From Gekko japonicus (taxonomy: Eukaryota), in contig NW_015163604.1 of the NCBI RefSeq assembly GCF_001447785.1, positions 2,422,328-2,486,327 on the forward strand: DNA of 64,000 bases, read 5' to 3'. A model generated the notes under the pieces. It saw only the letters and a program-made list of their open reading frames with translations, did no database searches and had not been told where the DNA came from. Shown one piece after another: positions 12,165 through 25,105 of the stretch. The position numbers were made by a program, and so were the translations under genes. The number at the start of each line of letters is the position of its first letter. Position 1 is the stretch's first letter.

Positions 12165-12511
12165 AGATTAGACTGAGGGCAGACATGATTGTTCTCTTTA
12201 AGTGTTTGAAGGCCTGTCAGAGGAGGGCAGGGAGCTATTCCTGTTGGCAGCAGAGGATAGGACTCGCAAGAATGGGTTTAAATTAAGGGCAGGAAGGTAC
12301 CGGCTGGATATTAGGAGAAACTTTTTTATAGTAAGAGTTGTGCAGCAGTGGAATCAGCTGCCTAGGGAGGTGGTGAGCTCCTCCTCACTGACAGTATTTA
12401 AGCAGTGTCTGGACAAACACTTGTCAGGGATGCTCTAGGCTGATCCTGCACTGAGCAGGGGGTTGGACTAGATTGCCTGTATGACCCCTTCTGACTCTGT
12501 GTGATTCTATG
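12165..12511 (+). mobile_element. CR1 LINE 3' end
   Basis: ORF2 C-terminus RYRLDIRRNFFIVRVVQQWNQLPREVV; GATTCTATG-type terminus. Confidence 0.92.
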
Positions 12512-15500
12512 TGTTCATATGACAAAAGGGGGATAAGGAAGGTAGGAAGGGATGCCTCACAGAACTTTGCAGGCGAATAGGTTGTTATCTGCAGGATTTG
12601 TTGAGTGTGTCTCCTCTAGCCTCTACTACTCTGTTGGGTCTGTCTACTATGCTTTTTTTGCAGCAAGACCATGGTGGCCTCTTGGCTTGGAAAGTGTGGG
12701 AACAGTCTGGGAATATAGACAGTTTGTGTACCCATTCCAGATGCCCTCTAAGAACATAAAACCAGCATGAAATTTAGAAGGTAACAAGTAGATTTTTAAA
12801 AATCCCCTGATGTATTTTTTTTTTTAGATTTCACATTTTTCTGAAAACCTAGGACCCTTTTCAGGTTTGTAGGGGGATCGGTCTTGCCCATTCACAGCTC
12901 CAATCAAAAAGTATCCAAAACTTGGCTGAGTTTGCTATTAGAACATAAGATATAATTTTTTTTTAATTTCGGCTTGCATGACCAAAAGTCTTAAGCACAC
13001 TTGTACACACTTATAAAGGAACATAAGACATAATAAGGTGCCTGAATCATGTCAAAAACTTGGAAGATACTCTGGGTGCTCTCAAGGACAAGGTCTGATG
13101 CAGTACGAGGAGCTACAGTCAGGAAGAAAACAAATATTTGGACGTTAGTTATAAATGAAGAGAAGGTTTGCATGTACACAAAGTATAAATCCTGAATTTA
13201 CTAGAAAATGGTTACATCCGTGAATACCAATATAGGAGGGGGCGGGTTGGCAGAAGATCTAGGAAACTGGGTCTTCTGGAAAATATTTAAAATGTGCCAG
13301 TGGAGGATGTGATTTGCAGGAGAAGTGAGGAGAGGTCTGCAACCTTCTCCTTCACTGAGCTCTCCTTCCCTGTTGCTTTCCCTCCCCTGTTAGTCCCCAG
13401 ACCCAAGCCTCCACAGAACAGACCTTTTGGTCCTGAGGATAATCTTGAGTAAAACGTATTAATACCATCAAAAACGACGCTTTCATTGTCTCAGCTTTTT
13501 TTATCATGTTCTTGCAAACTCTGAGAATGACAAAAAGCCAAGTTAAAGTGACATATAATAAAAAAGAATGTTGTGCTTATGGAATGAGGCATGATCAGAA
13601 GCTTGTTGAAACCAGTCACAGCGATACGGTTAGTGAACTTCCTTTTTCTCCAGTGGCCCTATCGTACGACATGTGTTTGAGCGTCACACTCTATTAATAA
13701 ACTATGGAAGGCACATTTCAGTGTACCTGAAAGTGTTTACTTACACAGTCAGCAATTATTATATAATGTCAGGTTCTGATTAACTTTTATTGATTCAGCC
13801 GGAGGTGTTTTTCAAATGAAACTGGTTTTCTTCAAAGTCTTAGGAAAACTAGCCTTATCTTCTCCTAGGTTTGCTGGGTAGGACCAGCTGGAACCAGGAC
13901 TCTATGGGGCTTCCACATGGCAGGTTTATCTGCAATTTCCCTGCCCCAGTCCCCAGCAGCAGCCATCTCCCATCCCCTGTACCAATGGTGCTTTCCCCAT
14001 TTTTTTTAAAAACATTGGCACTTGAATATCATTATATTGCTATATTGTTATAATTCGGGATCTCTGAATTTTCACTTTCATTTAAAAAAGGAAGTTTCTA
14101 GTGCCTTTCATCGTGGAGATATGCCTTTCGCTTTATATCCCCACAACAAAACCAGCCAGAGACTTATTATTATTATTTTAAAAAATGGAAGGTAGGAATT
14201 CAAAGAACCTGATACATACTGTTATAATAGATATAATGTTAATGATAGTGAATTATATCAGTGTAATGATATTCAAATGCTGGTGGTGGGGAAAGGAAAT
14301 GACCACCGTGAGTACAGGTTCAGGGAAAATGACTGAACTTTCCCACTGATGGGGCAACCATCCAGACTTTAATGAGATATTTCCCAAAACTTCACAGCAA
14401 AACAGATTTGAGAAAGATTGGAGAAAAGCTGGGTAAATGCTGGAAGGTGAATGAATGCAGTGTGATCCTGTGACTAAGAAGGGAAGAAACCTGCTTCTCA
14501 TCAACACTGAACCAAAGGCAACTAAACCCATGTGGAAATAGCAGCATTTCAATAGAAATGAAAAAAAAGCTCAGTACAAAATATCCCTTGGGAAGGAGCA
14601 ACAGACATAGTGGGGTGCCCGCATGTGACTTCTTTTTCCCATTGGATTCAACTTTGGCAGTTGGTTGCTGGGTAGAAGAAGAATCTGACAGCTGCTGCCT
14701 TCCCTTCTCTCCCTTTGAATGGTCAATTGGTGTCAGACACTGGAGGGAAGGGGTTCATCATGATGGAGGAAAGTTGTGGTATACCTCAAGGGCCCATAGG
14801 GTGCTACAGTGGGTTGGGAGCATTCTCAGTGCAAAGAGTCGTATTGCATTCCTTGTTGGATCTCTAACAGACTGCTGGAGATCAAAGAAGGAGCCACGCA
14901 GGTTTTGACCTCATGGAAATAATGTGCCTCATTGCAGCAAATTCCTTGTCCCCAAGGAGTGCATTGCCATCATTCACTCTCAGTCAAAGTAAAGCAATAT
15001 AGTTAGCAGGATAGTGACCTCCTTCTAGGGATCTAAAAGCCAATGAGACTGAAGTTGCTAGTACCTGTACAACCTTATCCTTGGTTCTCTGTTTCTGGTC
15101 ACAGTACAGTGTGACAGAATATTAGGGAATGGCATTTAAATACACGAGATTCTCCCCCCCCCACTTTTTCTCAATATGATCGAATAATAATGACAACGCA
15201 GAAAGAAACCAGTGGGGTTTGCAATCTGCTGTGCACTGCCTTCCTCCCGTCCTTGGCACTTTGTGACTGAGCTTTATTTTCCAAAGGCTGCCATGGAGAA
15301 GGATAAAAATGACAAAAATAAAAATGTCAAAAATCTGTTTTTATAACATTGTTTACTTTTCTCTAACTTCCCCGTCTCTTTTTCTCATTGTGGAATCAGG
15401 CTTGATGCTCCCCCCCCCCCCAGGGAATGTGTATTTTAACAACCTGTCATCGTGAAAACTCTTTGGATTTGTACTGTGACTTAAGCGGCACTTAAGCGTT

Positions 15501-16225
15501 CTATTTAAGGGTTGCCGGGAGCGGTTTCCTGGCAAATATCTATAATTCTGGGAAGTAAATTTTGGAGTAGGTTCTTTAAAATTGGCCAAGTATGGCATAT
15601 ATAGGTTATCATAATGGATCAATAACAACGGTTATGCCAATTTCTAAATTAGCTCCAAACTAGGCAGACACACTGATTTTGCTCATAAAATAATCCAGAT
15701 CTAGGCGTTGAGCTTCAAAGCAGAGGCTAAATTTATATGAAACATTGTTTTCCTGGGAAACATCACCGCAAGACATTTCCTCATAGTTCTACTTTAGTTA
15801 TAAGAGTACCAGAGAAGGGAAAGAAGGAAGGCAGCTGTGCAAGAAAGAAAGAAAGAAAAAGAGATACATGAAAAGGATTATTTTATTTGGGGTTCTGGCC
15901 ATAAAGTGAGTCTGAACTACCCTGTTTCAGATGAATGGCAGCCTAACGAAGAGTTGTGGAGGCCCCTCTGGAGGACACCTGGTCTGATGCAGCCACAGAA
16001 GGTGACCCAAAGGAAGTCTCATTGGTGGGAACAAGCTGGCCTGGTATCAAGTGGGAGGGATATGGGGGATGCAACTGCTGGCTCCCAAATGCTGCCTTGA
16101 GCAAGTTGTGATAGTACTCTCTGAAGCCACTGTACAGCACAGCCCAGAAGGAGGGGGATAGAGAGCCTAGAGGGACAGAGAAGCAATGGGGAGGGGGTTG
16201 AGGGGAAAAAGGGAGAGAGTGGGTA

Positions 16226-16257
<32 letters not shown>

Positions 16258-16278
16258 CATTAGTAGTAGTGCATTAGT
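16226..16278. repeat. (TAG)n microsatellite
   Basis: Direct trinucleotide run with TGCAT interruptions. Confidence 0.95.
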
Positions 16279-17144
16279 GCTACAGCCTCTATCTAAACAG
16301 GAGGTTTGTCAAGCTGCTGTATATCGAAATATGTTCAGGAGATCTATTAACAAATATCGCCACATTCTGCCTGATTTGCATGATGAGAACAACCCCCGTG
16401 AGAGTGGTGGGGGTGGAGAATTACCAAGATGGCATCCTGCAACACTGCAAGCTTTACTTCTGGCTGAGTAACTGGAAGTGATGTCATCACATCGTGGGAT
16501 GCTGTAGGATTTTGGGGGAGTCCCAGAGTGTTCCAAAACACAGTAATGTCACTTCCAGTTGAGCAACCAGAAGTGATGTTGCTGTGCCATTTCAGGCCCC
16601 CCCCCATACATTGCCCTATTGAAAAGCAGCAGGGGACTAAGGCAGAAGGTAGAAGGTTGCCCACCAAAGCTGGCAATCTGGCCCCCTATGAAGAGCTACC
16701 CCAAACCAGCAAGAGGCTATGGTGGCCCCCAGCCTATACACTCGCGTAGCCGCAGGAGGGCTATGTTGACACTACAGTGCAGACTGCAGGTCTCCAGAGC
16801 ACCAACCTACCAGGAGATCTCGCAGTAGACAAAGGGCAGTCTGTGCCTGCTAGTTTGAACCTTATGGATTAACTGATAATCTTTGAGGCCTCCACATCTT
16901 TCTTGAATGATGAAACTATATAAATGTGGTCACTGTGGGATGGGGGTAACCCCTGGCACATTAATGATAGTTAGTACCACATGGGGGCAAATGGATAACA
17001 AATAACCCACAAGCTACCTGTGGTAGCCAAATAGTCTCCAGGCAATCGGGAAGGAAAACCTTTAAAAATTAGAAAAGAGAGAGCCTTCTGCTTTTTCTCC
17101 CTTAGGCTGTCGATCTGCCGCAAATTACTAACATGTGTATGCAT

Positions 17145-17232
17145 AGAAAAGAGCAGGAGTCCAGCAGAACCTTAAAGGCTAACAATATGTGTAGGGGTAT
17201 GAGCTTTTGTCAGTCACTGCTCACTTCTTGAT
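17145..17232 (-). mobile_element. Penelope-like terminal remnant with decayed hammerhead
   Basis: Reverse complement AAGAAGTGAGCAGTGACTGACAAAAGCTCATACC..TTGTTAGCCTTTAAGGTTCTGCTGGACTC. Confidence 0.6.
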
Positions 17233-17605
17233 CTATAGGTATGCATAGGCAGGTGGGCTCATAAAAAAAGAAGAATTGTCAGCTAGTCACTTTTATAGAC
17301 CTATTTTTAATATAATGAGAACACAAATCAAGCATCTTGGTTGTGCAGCCACGACTGGAGGCAAGAATTGAAGGCACCTCTGTGTTAGCAACTTCTGCTA
17401 GCATTAGCAGCCCTGGTGGGTTCCTTCAAGCAATGGCACTAGCATGCAGCTAACCAACCACGTGTATTTAACAGGGCAGGAAAATGAGGATGCCTGCAGC
17501 CTTCCCAGGAATGGTATAGTTAACAGAATCCAAATATAGCATTTCCTTTCTTCCACTAGTCTTCTGCAGTGTCCCGTTCAACAGTTAAGATTGCATGTGT
17601 TCAGC

Positions 17606-17840
17606 ACGGGTTTGCTAGCTCTTGGTTGGAAAATCATTGGAGATTTGGGAGTTGATACTGTGGAGCAAGAGTCCAGTAGAGAAAAGAGCAAGAGTCCAGC
17701 AGAACCTTAAAGGCTAACAATATGTGGAGGGGTATGAGGAGGGGAGGGACTTCAGCTGGGTATAATGCCATAATGCCCACCCTTTAAAGCAGCCATTTTT
17801 TCCAGGGGATTTCTGTAGTCTGGGAGAGCTCCAGGCAATG
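17606..17840 (-). mobile_element. Degenerate hAT MITE family C with internal insertion
   Basis: Body matches family C (GGAGATTTGGG, GGGTATAATGCCAT, GCAGCCATTTTTTCCAGGGG). Confidence 0.55.
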
Positions 17841-18227
17841 CATCAGGCTCATTCTCTCCAGGGCGGTCTTAGTATGGTCTGTGTGCCAATCCCAGAATTA
17901 TCTTTGGTTTAGTGCTTTTCCATTCCAGCTCTCTTAGCTCCCAGAGATTTTGCCATCTCTGCATCTCACAGACATGTCTGCCAAATGCAGTCCTCTCTCA
18001 GTTAGTCTCTCTGCCCTGCCTCCCCCTTCCCCCTCCAGTTTCTCTTTAGCCTGCATCCAGTTTGAAAACTTCAATTGGTCCAAAATTTCAGTTGGCCAGG
18101 CTGCTGTCAGGGATTGCTTACAGGGCTCATATCAGCCCTATGTTCAAAGATCTGCACTGTTTACCCATCTGTTTCTAAGCACAATTCAAAGCAAGGCTGT
18201 CAGGAGCCCTGGACAAAGATTCCACAT

Positions 18228-18385
18228 GGTGGCGGTGGAAAGTGCCATCAAGTCACAACTAATGTATGGTGATCCCATGGGGATTTTGAGGCCAGAGACA
18301 TTCAGAGGTGGTTTGCCATTCCATGGATGTCTCCCATTCAAATACTTGCCAGGAGCAACTATGCTTAGCTTCCAAGTCTTGCCAA
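18228..18385 (-). mobile_element. 5S rRNA-headed, RTE-tailed SINE (decayed)
   Basis: Reverse complement GGAAGCTAAGCA..AGTATTTGAATGGGAGAC head; GACTTGATGGCACTTTCCACC tail. Confidence 0.6.
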
Positions 18386-18399
18386 CCCTCCTCTTTTCA

Positions 18400-18498
18400 T
18401 GCTACTGGATTTTACCTCTGTGAACTGGCAAAATCCAGTTGGAAAGTGCACTGAAAGTGCACTGAAAGTGGATTATTTAGTGTGTGTGACCACAGCCT
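18400..18498. mobile_element. Half of a small palindromic Harbinger-like MITE
   Basis: Matches the right half of 56967-57109. Confidence 0.65.
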
Positions 18499-18759
18499 AT
18501 GTTTCCGAATGCAATTCAAGGTGCTGGTTTTTAAAGCCCTGCATGACCGGAGACCCACACATTCTTATGGGGGCCTGCTTGCTAGTGTAGTTTAGCACAA
18601 CATCACCTACCTCAGTTTTCTCTCTTTTAGCAAGGCACTGTAATTAATCTGTTTGTAAAACTATATAGGGCCATTGTAACTTCAAAGCTATGGAAGGGGC
18701 AATCTTTAGAGACATAAATGTTATATCCTTTGTGTCACATTCTTACTCGTTTTGTAGAA

Positions 18760-19017
18760 GGTCCCTTTGGGATGGTCTGCAGCAGTGGGCTGATTGCGCG
18801 ATGGAATGATCAGACGGGGAAAAGTCCATCAGTGGCCCGTCAAGAAGCAAAAGCTCTGGTCTTTCACCGGTGTCTTTTAAGTACGGCTCCCTGGTGCGGC
18901 AAAATGGGCCGATCACGGAAGCGGCACCTTTCCCAGATGTCACTGTCTGATAATTCCGTTTAAATCCACCAGGCACTCGTGCCCGGGCCGGATCTAAAGA
19001 GCCATCTGATCAGGACC
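18760..19017. mobile_element. CpG-rich Harbinger-like MITE (degenerate)
   Basis: Right end CATCTGATCAGGACC resembles the end GGCTCTGATCAGATG of the 40917 element; local CpG excess. Confidence 0.4.
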
Positions 19018-19019
19018 TT

Positions 19020-20130
19020 TGTTAGCCTAAAACAACAACGTTGTAACTTCTGAAGATGCTTTGTTCACTGAATGTTATCTGAGTGTTGGAAATAGAGCTG
19101 TGAATGCGAATAAGAAATATTTTGTATCTAGGCCTCAAAGATATGTAGTATTGCTTTGTTTAAACTGAATGTAATCTTGAAATGTCTGAAGACTAGGCCC
19201 AGACAGCGGTGAAGCTAAAAGCAACCTTTTTAATCAGAAGCCACACTTGGCAAGGTATTGAAAACTTGTTTTGTACATGTGAATTTATAGTAATGCTTTG
19301 TTCACTAACTGATATCTAAATGTCTGGGAACATGACTTTGAAAGAAAGTTTGAAACATTTTATCACTGATAGACATGGGTCTTGTATGCATGTGCCAAGG
19401 AGAACAAAGAGATTATGACTCTGCATGCTCCATATCTTAGATAAAGAAAACTCAACTGAGCATGCCTGGTTGCTGTCATAGGGGAGGTCTTGACATGTCA
19501 TGATGGGAGGATCATCAGAGATGTATAAAAGATGCAACTCAATGGCCCCGGTCACACGGGAGGTTTAGGGCCGGAAGAGGGACGGATCGGGGGTGCAGCA
19601 AACGGGTGCGATCCCACCGCAACATCTGGGAAGCGGCGCGCACCCGTCCCCGATCCGGCCCTTCAGGCCGAAAATCCGCAGTGAAAACAAACCACCTACA
19701 GAGGTGGACTTACCAGGAAGGCCGCAGCAAGCGTGGGCGGCTGTGGGATCGCCGGCGCATCCTTCTGCCGGTGCATCCAAGGCTCCTGGCCGAACTGCGC
19801 ATGCGCACACATGCGCAGCCGGTTGCCTCGGTCTCCCGTTGGTGGCTTCCTCCCCGGCATCTGATTGTGCCAGGGAGCAACGGCACGACAGCTCATGGGA
19901 TCTGTGTGATCCCACCGCCACGTGTCTCTTTTGGTGCGGCTCTGAATAGCCGCACTTTGGCCGTGTTTTTTTCTGCTGTGTGGCAGGGGCCAATGTTACT
20001 CAGTTGAACTCTTTGGCTTGACGTTGAGCTGAGAGGGTTCCCTTCATTAATAAAGCTTTCTTTCCTCTTGCTACTCTGTCTCCTGCCTGTTGGTGTGACT
20101 AACTGACTTAAGCTACGCCAGTCTACAACA
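19020..20130 (+). mobile_element. Solo LTR (4-bp TSD, ERV1- or Gypsy-type) interrupted by a MITE
   Basis: TGTT...AACA termini, TSD CCTT, TATAAAA at ~19524, AATAAA at ~20049. Confidence 0.7.
19544..19991. mobile_element. GC-rich PIF/Harbinger-like MITE
   Basis: TIR GGCCCCGGTCACAC / GTGTGGCAGGGGCC; 3-bp TSD AAT. Confidence 0.8.
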
Positions 20131-20447
20131 CCTTTGGAATGGCCTGGCTGTGACATTTGCGGAGCAGCCTCCCTGATAAGGTTCAGAAAAAACTGTAAGA
20201 CTGTTCTTTCTTGACATACCTTTGGACGCTGATACCAAATCTGTTGTTACAAAATTCCACTTTGGTAGTGTTTTGTATTGCTGAATTCTGATAGTTTTGG
20301 GCAAGGTGTGTGATGGTAAAACCCTCTTATTGACTTGGCTGTAAAAATTTGGGGATTGCTTTGACTGGGTGCTAGAACATCCCCCAGACCATCTGCTAAC
20401 AGCAGTCACCAGGAGCAGTTGAAAAGTTGTTCTTAGTTCTGTAGCCA

Positions 20448-21413
20448 TGAATCGGACTGAGAATAAAATGGCCAATATAGTAATGCCCCTGTATAGTAAT
20501 GCAGCTGTATAGATCTATGGTATGGCCTCATTTGGAATACTGTATGCATTTCTGGTCACTGTATCTCTGACATTTCAGAGCTGGAAAAAGTACAGAGGAG
20601 GGCAACCAAGATGATTAGGGGGTTGGAGCATGTTCCCTCTGAGGAAAGGCTGAAGAGTCTGGGACTTTTCAGTTTAGAAAAGAGACAACTGGGGGGGGGC
20701 ATGATAGAGGTTTATAAAATTATGTATGGGGTGGAGAGAGTTGACAAAGATAATTTTTTCTCTCTTTCCCAAAATATTGGAACTCAAAGGCATCCAATGA
20801 GGTTGATGAGCAGTATGTTCAGGACAGGCAAAAGGAAATACTGCTTTACACAAAGAGTGATTAAAATGTGGAATTCACTGCCAGAGGATGTAGTGATGGC
20901 CACAGGAATAAACAGCTTGAAAAGGAGGATAAATGTATCAATGGTTACTAGTCATGGTGACTGAGGGGAAAGTCCACATTCAGAAGAACTAATTATCTGA
21001 ATCCCAGATCCAGGAGGCAACATCAGGGGAAGGCCTTGGCCTCTATGCCCTGTTGCTGGCCATCCAGAGGAACAGGTTTGCCACTATGTGAGACAGGATG
21101 CTGAACTACATGAACTATTGGTCTGATCGAGCAGGGCTGGTGTAGTGTAGTGGTGTAGTGGTTAAGTGTGTGGACTCTTTGATTCCCCACTTCTCCACTT
21201 GCAGCTGCTGGATAACCTTGGGCAAGCCATACTTCTGTCAGAGCTGTTCTTGAAAAGGCAGTTCTTGAAAGAGCTCTCTCAGCCCCACCTACCTCACAGG
21301 GTGTCTGTTGTGGGGAGGGGAAAGGAAAGGAGTTGTAAGCCGCTCTGAGACTCTGAGTGAAGGGTGGGGTATAAATCCAGTCTCTTCTCTTCTTCTCTTC
21401 TTATGTTCTTATG
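20448..21413 (+). mobile_element. CR1 LINE 3' end (second subfamily) with a SINE in its tail
   Basis: ORF2 C-terminus MIRGLEHVPSEERLKSLGLFSLEKR..FTQRVIKMWNSLP; terminus CTTATGTTCTTATG. Confidence 0.92.
21139..21398 (+). mobile_element. Squam3-like SINE (5' stutter and deletion)
   Basis: Same body as the 11458 copy; sits between CR1 GCAGGGCT and CTTCTTATG. Confidence 0.85.
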
Positions 21414-23568
21414 GTCAGGCTCTGACTGTTTCCTAGGTCTGCCCTGTTGTGCTCGAGGTATCAGATGGGTTGCTTACAGATGTAGCTCTTTCTAGCTCCC
21501 CCTTCTGGCAGCAACCCAGGGAAACCTGTTCATAATCTGATGCTGGGGTTTGCAGGGGAGTCATGGAAACATGCTTTGGGGCATATGGGACTACAGTGAA
21601 GAGGGGGGAATCAGAAGAAGTTGCCCTCGCTCCCTCTTCAGCAAACATAGACCTTTGTGCCAGTGGAAAGTCTGCCAGCAGATAAGCAAGGAGGGACAAT
21701 TTTATCCACGCCACACTGTAGCCCCCATACTCCATGTCATGTTGTCCCTGGTGCTCCTGTGGCCCCCAGTGCCAATTTGGGGTATAGGTGTTGGAGAATG
21801 GGGACCTGGGAAAGGTTCATGCGTCTGAGCACTGTTGACCTTGCAGTTCATAGAAGTCAAGCCAAGATACCTGAAATCAAAAGTTGGTATACAGTCCTAA
21901 ACTTGTGCTGATTCACCAGGTTGTGCATTCTTATGATGGGTATGAATAAACTGCCCTTTACTGCTGTCATCTCATCTCACCAGGATTATTTAATCAGTTG
22001 TCAAAAACCTTCCTGTAATGTCAAGGTGGATGACTATCCCAGTTTTCCCCCATGGAGAATGGAGAGATAAAGTGACATCCTGAAGGTCATCCAGTAAGTC
22101 AGACAAAGGGAGAAATTTCATCCTACCTCAAAAGGAAAATATCCCTTTTTCATACAGTCAAGAGAATATTAGTCGATCAAATATCCAGAAGGCTTTTCTG
22201 TTATAGGAGAGATGACAACATGCCATTTCACCCCAATGTGCTCTTCACCTTAGATCAAATCAAAAAAGCATGCTTCTTTTCGCTTCTGGTTGATATAATA
22301 AGTTAAATGAAAAGGGCTCTGATTCACAGTCACGTAGAGAAATGTAATGGCGTTAGAAATCTGTGGAGCTTTATAAGAATCTAGTATGCTTTAATAAAGT
22401 TTTTTGAAAAATTATTCCGATTCCCCCTCCACACCCTGAAATCAAGACACAGGACCTGTAAAAGAGTTAGAATTTATTAAAATTAATAGTTCAACTACTC
22501 ACTTAGTCACTCTGCCTATCCATTTACTGTGGACTCCTTAGTTGTTGGAATTGCTAAAAGGGCTTGCCGGTGTTTGGGCAACTCTATTCTGGCTCCAGGC
22601 TTTGGATGGTACTGTCAATAATTTCCACTTATTCTTTCCTGGAAAGATGTCCCTATGTGAGTGACAGTGAAAAGGTTCACAGTGCCCAGCGATGAAGAAA
22701 TTCTTTCCCATGCCTCCTGGTTCCAGTGATCCAGAAGTACCCAGTTGGGTACTTCATTTGTAATCACCTTAGAGTACTTGCCAATCCGACTTAGCTTGCA
22801 GCATGTAACCCACATTAATCATGCCATCCTTAGTTGCGGCTAACAAATCTCATGAGACCAGGCCTATTTAATAACACCTCCACTTCCCCTCTACCTAATG
22901 GCAATGTGCAGTGGGCAAAGAAGGCCCTTCTCTGAAGAGAACCCAAATCATTGCTGCTCACCTCTGAAGCAACTAACTCTTCCCACATGCTCCTATGAAG
23001 ATAGGGAGGCTGAGAGAATACTCACCAGCAAACCTTACATTCAAGTATGGAATTACCTTAAAGAGGTCTCCCAATACCCATGGTGTTGATTGTCTGAGCT
23101 GCATGAAACAGCCAGCTAAATTTGCCATCCAAAGCACCAGCACTCACAATTGCTTTGGGCTCATTCCTCTTTGACCCTGAAGTAATCACAAGGCCTAGAC
23201 TACTGAGGAAGAGGGATAGATAGAATTCACAGGAATGAAATGGTGGTTGTGCTACCTCTGAAGCCCAGCCAAACTCCTGGTGATTGGTTCAAAGGGACAT
23301 GGAGGCTGAGCATGCTCAGTCAACCTCTGATGCGACTGCTGAACAAGCTTGTCTTGACAACTCCAATTGCTATCTAGATTCAATCAGGACCACTGAAAGT
23401 CACCAGGAGCTCCTAACTTTTATGAAGCACTCCTAAATTTTCTGAAAATCTAGTGTTTTACTCAGTCTTTCCTATGTTACATCAAAGGTAAACTCTGATA
23501 GTATGACCTGATAATCTATGTTGCCCTGGACTATCCTGCCTAACCCTCATGCAAGTGGTGGTGGAAGT

Positions 23569-23817
23569 TAGGCTTACCAGATCCCCCCAGCCACAGATGG
23601 GTGATGGGGGGGGGGATGGTTGGTGGATCCAGGTAGGGAAACTCCTGGAGATTTGGGGATGGAGCCTGGAAAGGACGGGGAACCTCGGTGGGTTACAGTG
23701 CTGTAGAGTCCACCCTCCAAAGCATCCATTTTCTCCAGGGGAACTGGTCTCTGTAGTCTGGAGATGAGCTGTAATTCCACGCGATCCCCAGGTCCCACCT
23801 GAGAGTTGGCATCCCTA
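23569..23817 (-). mobile_element. hAT MITE family C
   Basis: Ends TAGGCTTACC / GGCATCCCTA; perfect TSD GTGGAAGT. Confidence 0.85.
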
Positions 23818-25105
23818 GTGGAAGTACACATAGGACCCTTAATGTTCTGCTTCCTCAAGCTACCTCTTGCTGCCACATTTCTCTTCACAACCACCGTTGG
23901 AACATTGGCAGTGGATTTCTGAAATTTGTCTACTGCTTGATAGCGTATTACAATGTCATTCTGAGGCAGATTTTAGACAGAGAACAACCTGAGGAAGGAG
24001 ACAAGGAAGTGTTTGTGGGAGATGGGGGGGGGTAAAAGTCAGTGGTGGCTTTGGTAAAAGTGATAGAAGCAGAACAATAGATGAAAATGAGGCAGTCAAA
24101 TGGAGAGAGTGAGGGCCACCAGAGTATTTAGACACAAAGCATTCATTTGTCCTTAATTGTAATTGGAGTGAAATAAACTGAGCACTAGGCTCCTTGTTAA
24201 GGCACAGAAGTTGTATGACATCACTATGCCTCCATTAGCAGCACTTAGCCAGAGCTGGAAGACATTGGAACAAATGAAAGGACTTGGTGGAAGAAAACAC
24301 TTAACACTTTAGTTTAAACACTCATGGACAGAAACCATGTGGTGTGGCACTTCACTTCCATTAACATACTGCTGTGTAAGGCAAGTTTTCTTCTACTTGA
24401 CGCTTTTTAATTTCTCCCCCCCATTCATAATTGTATTATATTGGGCTATTAATTTTAATAGTAGAGACAGACAACTATAAAGTGATGGTTCTCTACTGTG
24501 GTTTGGGATTATAAGCAAAAGCACAAGATTCACCCTGACTCCTCCCAGGAGCCCATTTATTTCTTAGAAAACTGGATGCCTCAATTAAGGCTGAAAACAG
24601 ATGGTAGCATTTTCCCAAATAGTGAAAGACCGTTTGGAAGATGGATGGCTGCTCAAGGTACATAAACACATCACACTTTCACCATTGTTAAATAGGCTTT
24701 GCAGGGTTTTATGTTGTTTCAAAAATGTGCAGAACTTCTTTGACCAGAGACAAGAGTGGGAGAAGAAATAAATGCATATCCTAAAAACAGACATGGCTGT
24801 CCTAACCCATTATCATCTCATAAAGAGAACCGAACTGGATTGGATCCAGCCAGCTTTTTCCCTACTCAATTTCACCCAAATCCTTGCCTTACTACACATC
24901 CTGTCCCGCATGGATTGGGTCCACTCAGTTCCCATCTTCTCCAGCACAACCTTTTGGAAGGTCAAAGGAACCCTTGAAAGTGCCTGTTGGGGGAGGAGGT
25001 AAGTCCAAGGATGCCAGTGGTCTGAGACCCAGACCCAGAATTACATTCTTCTGAGTCAATGGAAGTCAATGGTTTTAAAAGGGTGGAACTCGGCCTGGCC
25101 TGACC

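Noticed and set aside
15943-16260. Poly-Tyr protein ORF
   Set aside because: Product of the (TAG)n microsatellite.
19544-19991. CpG-island gene with several long overlapping ORFs
   Set aside because: GC richness is confined between MITE TIRs; the same holds for 7182-7519, 40917-41280 and 57512-57750.
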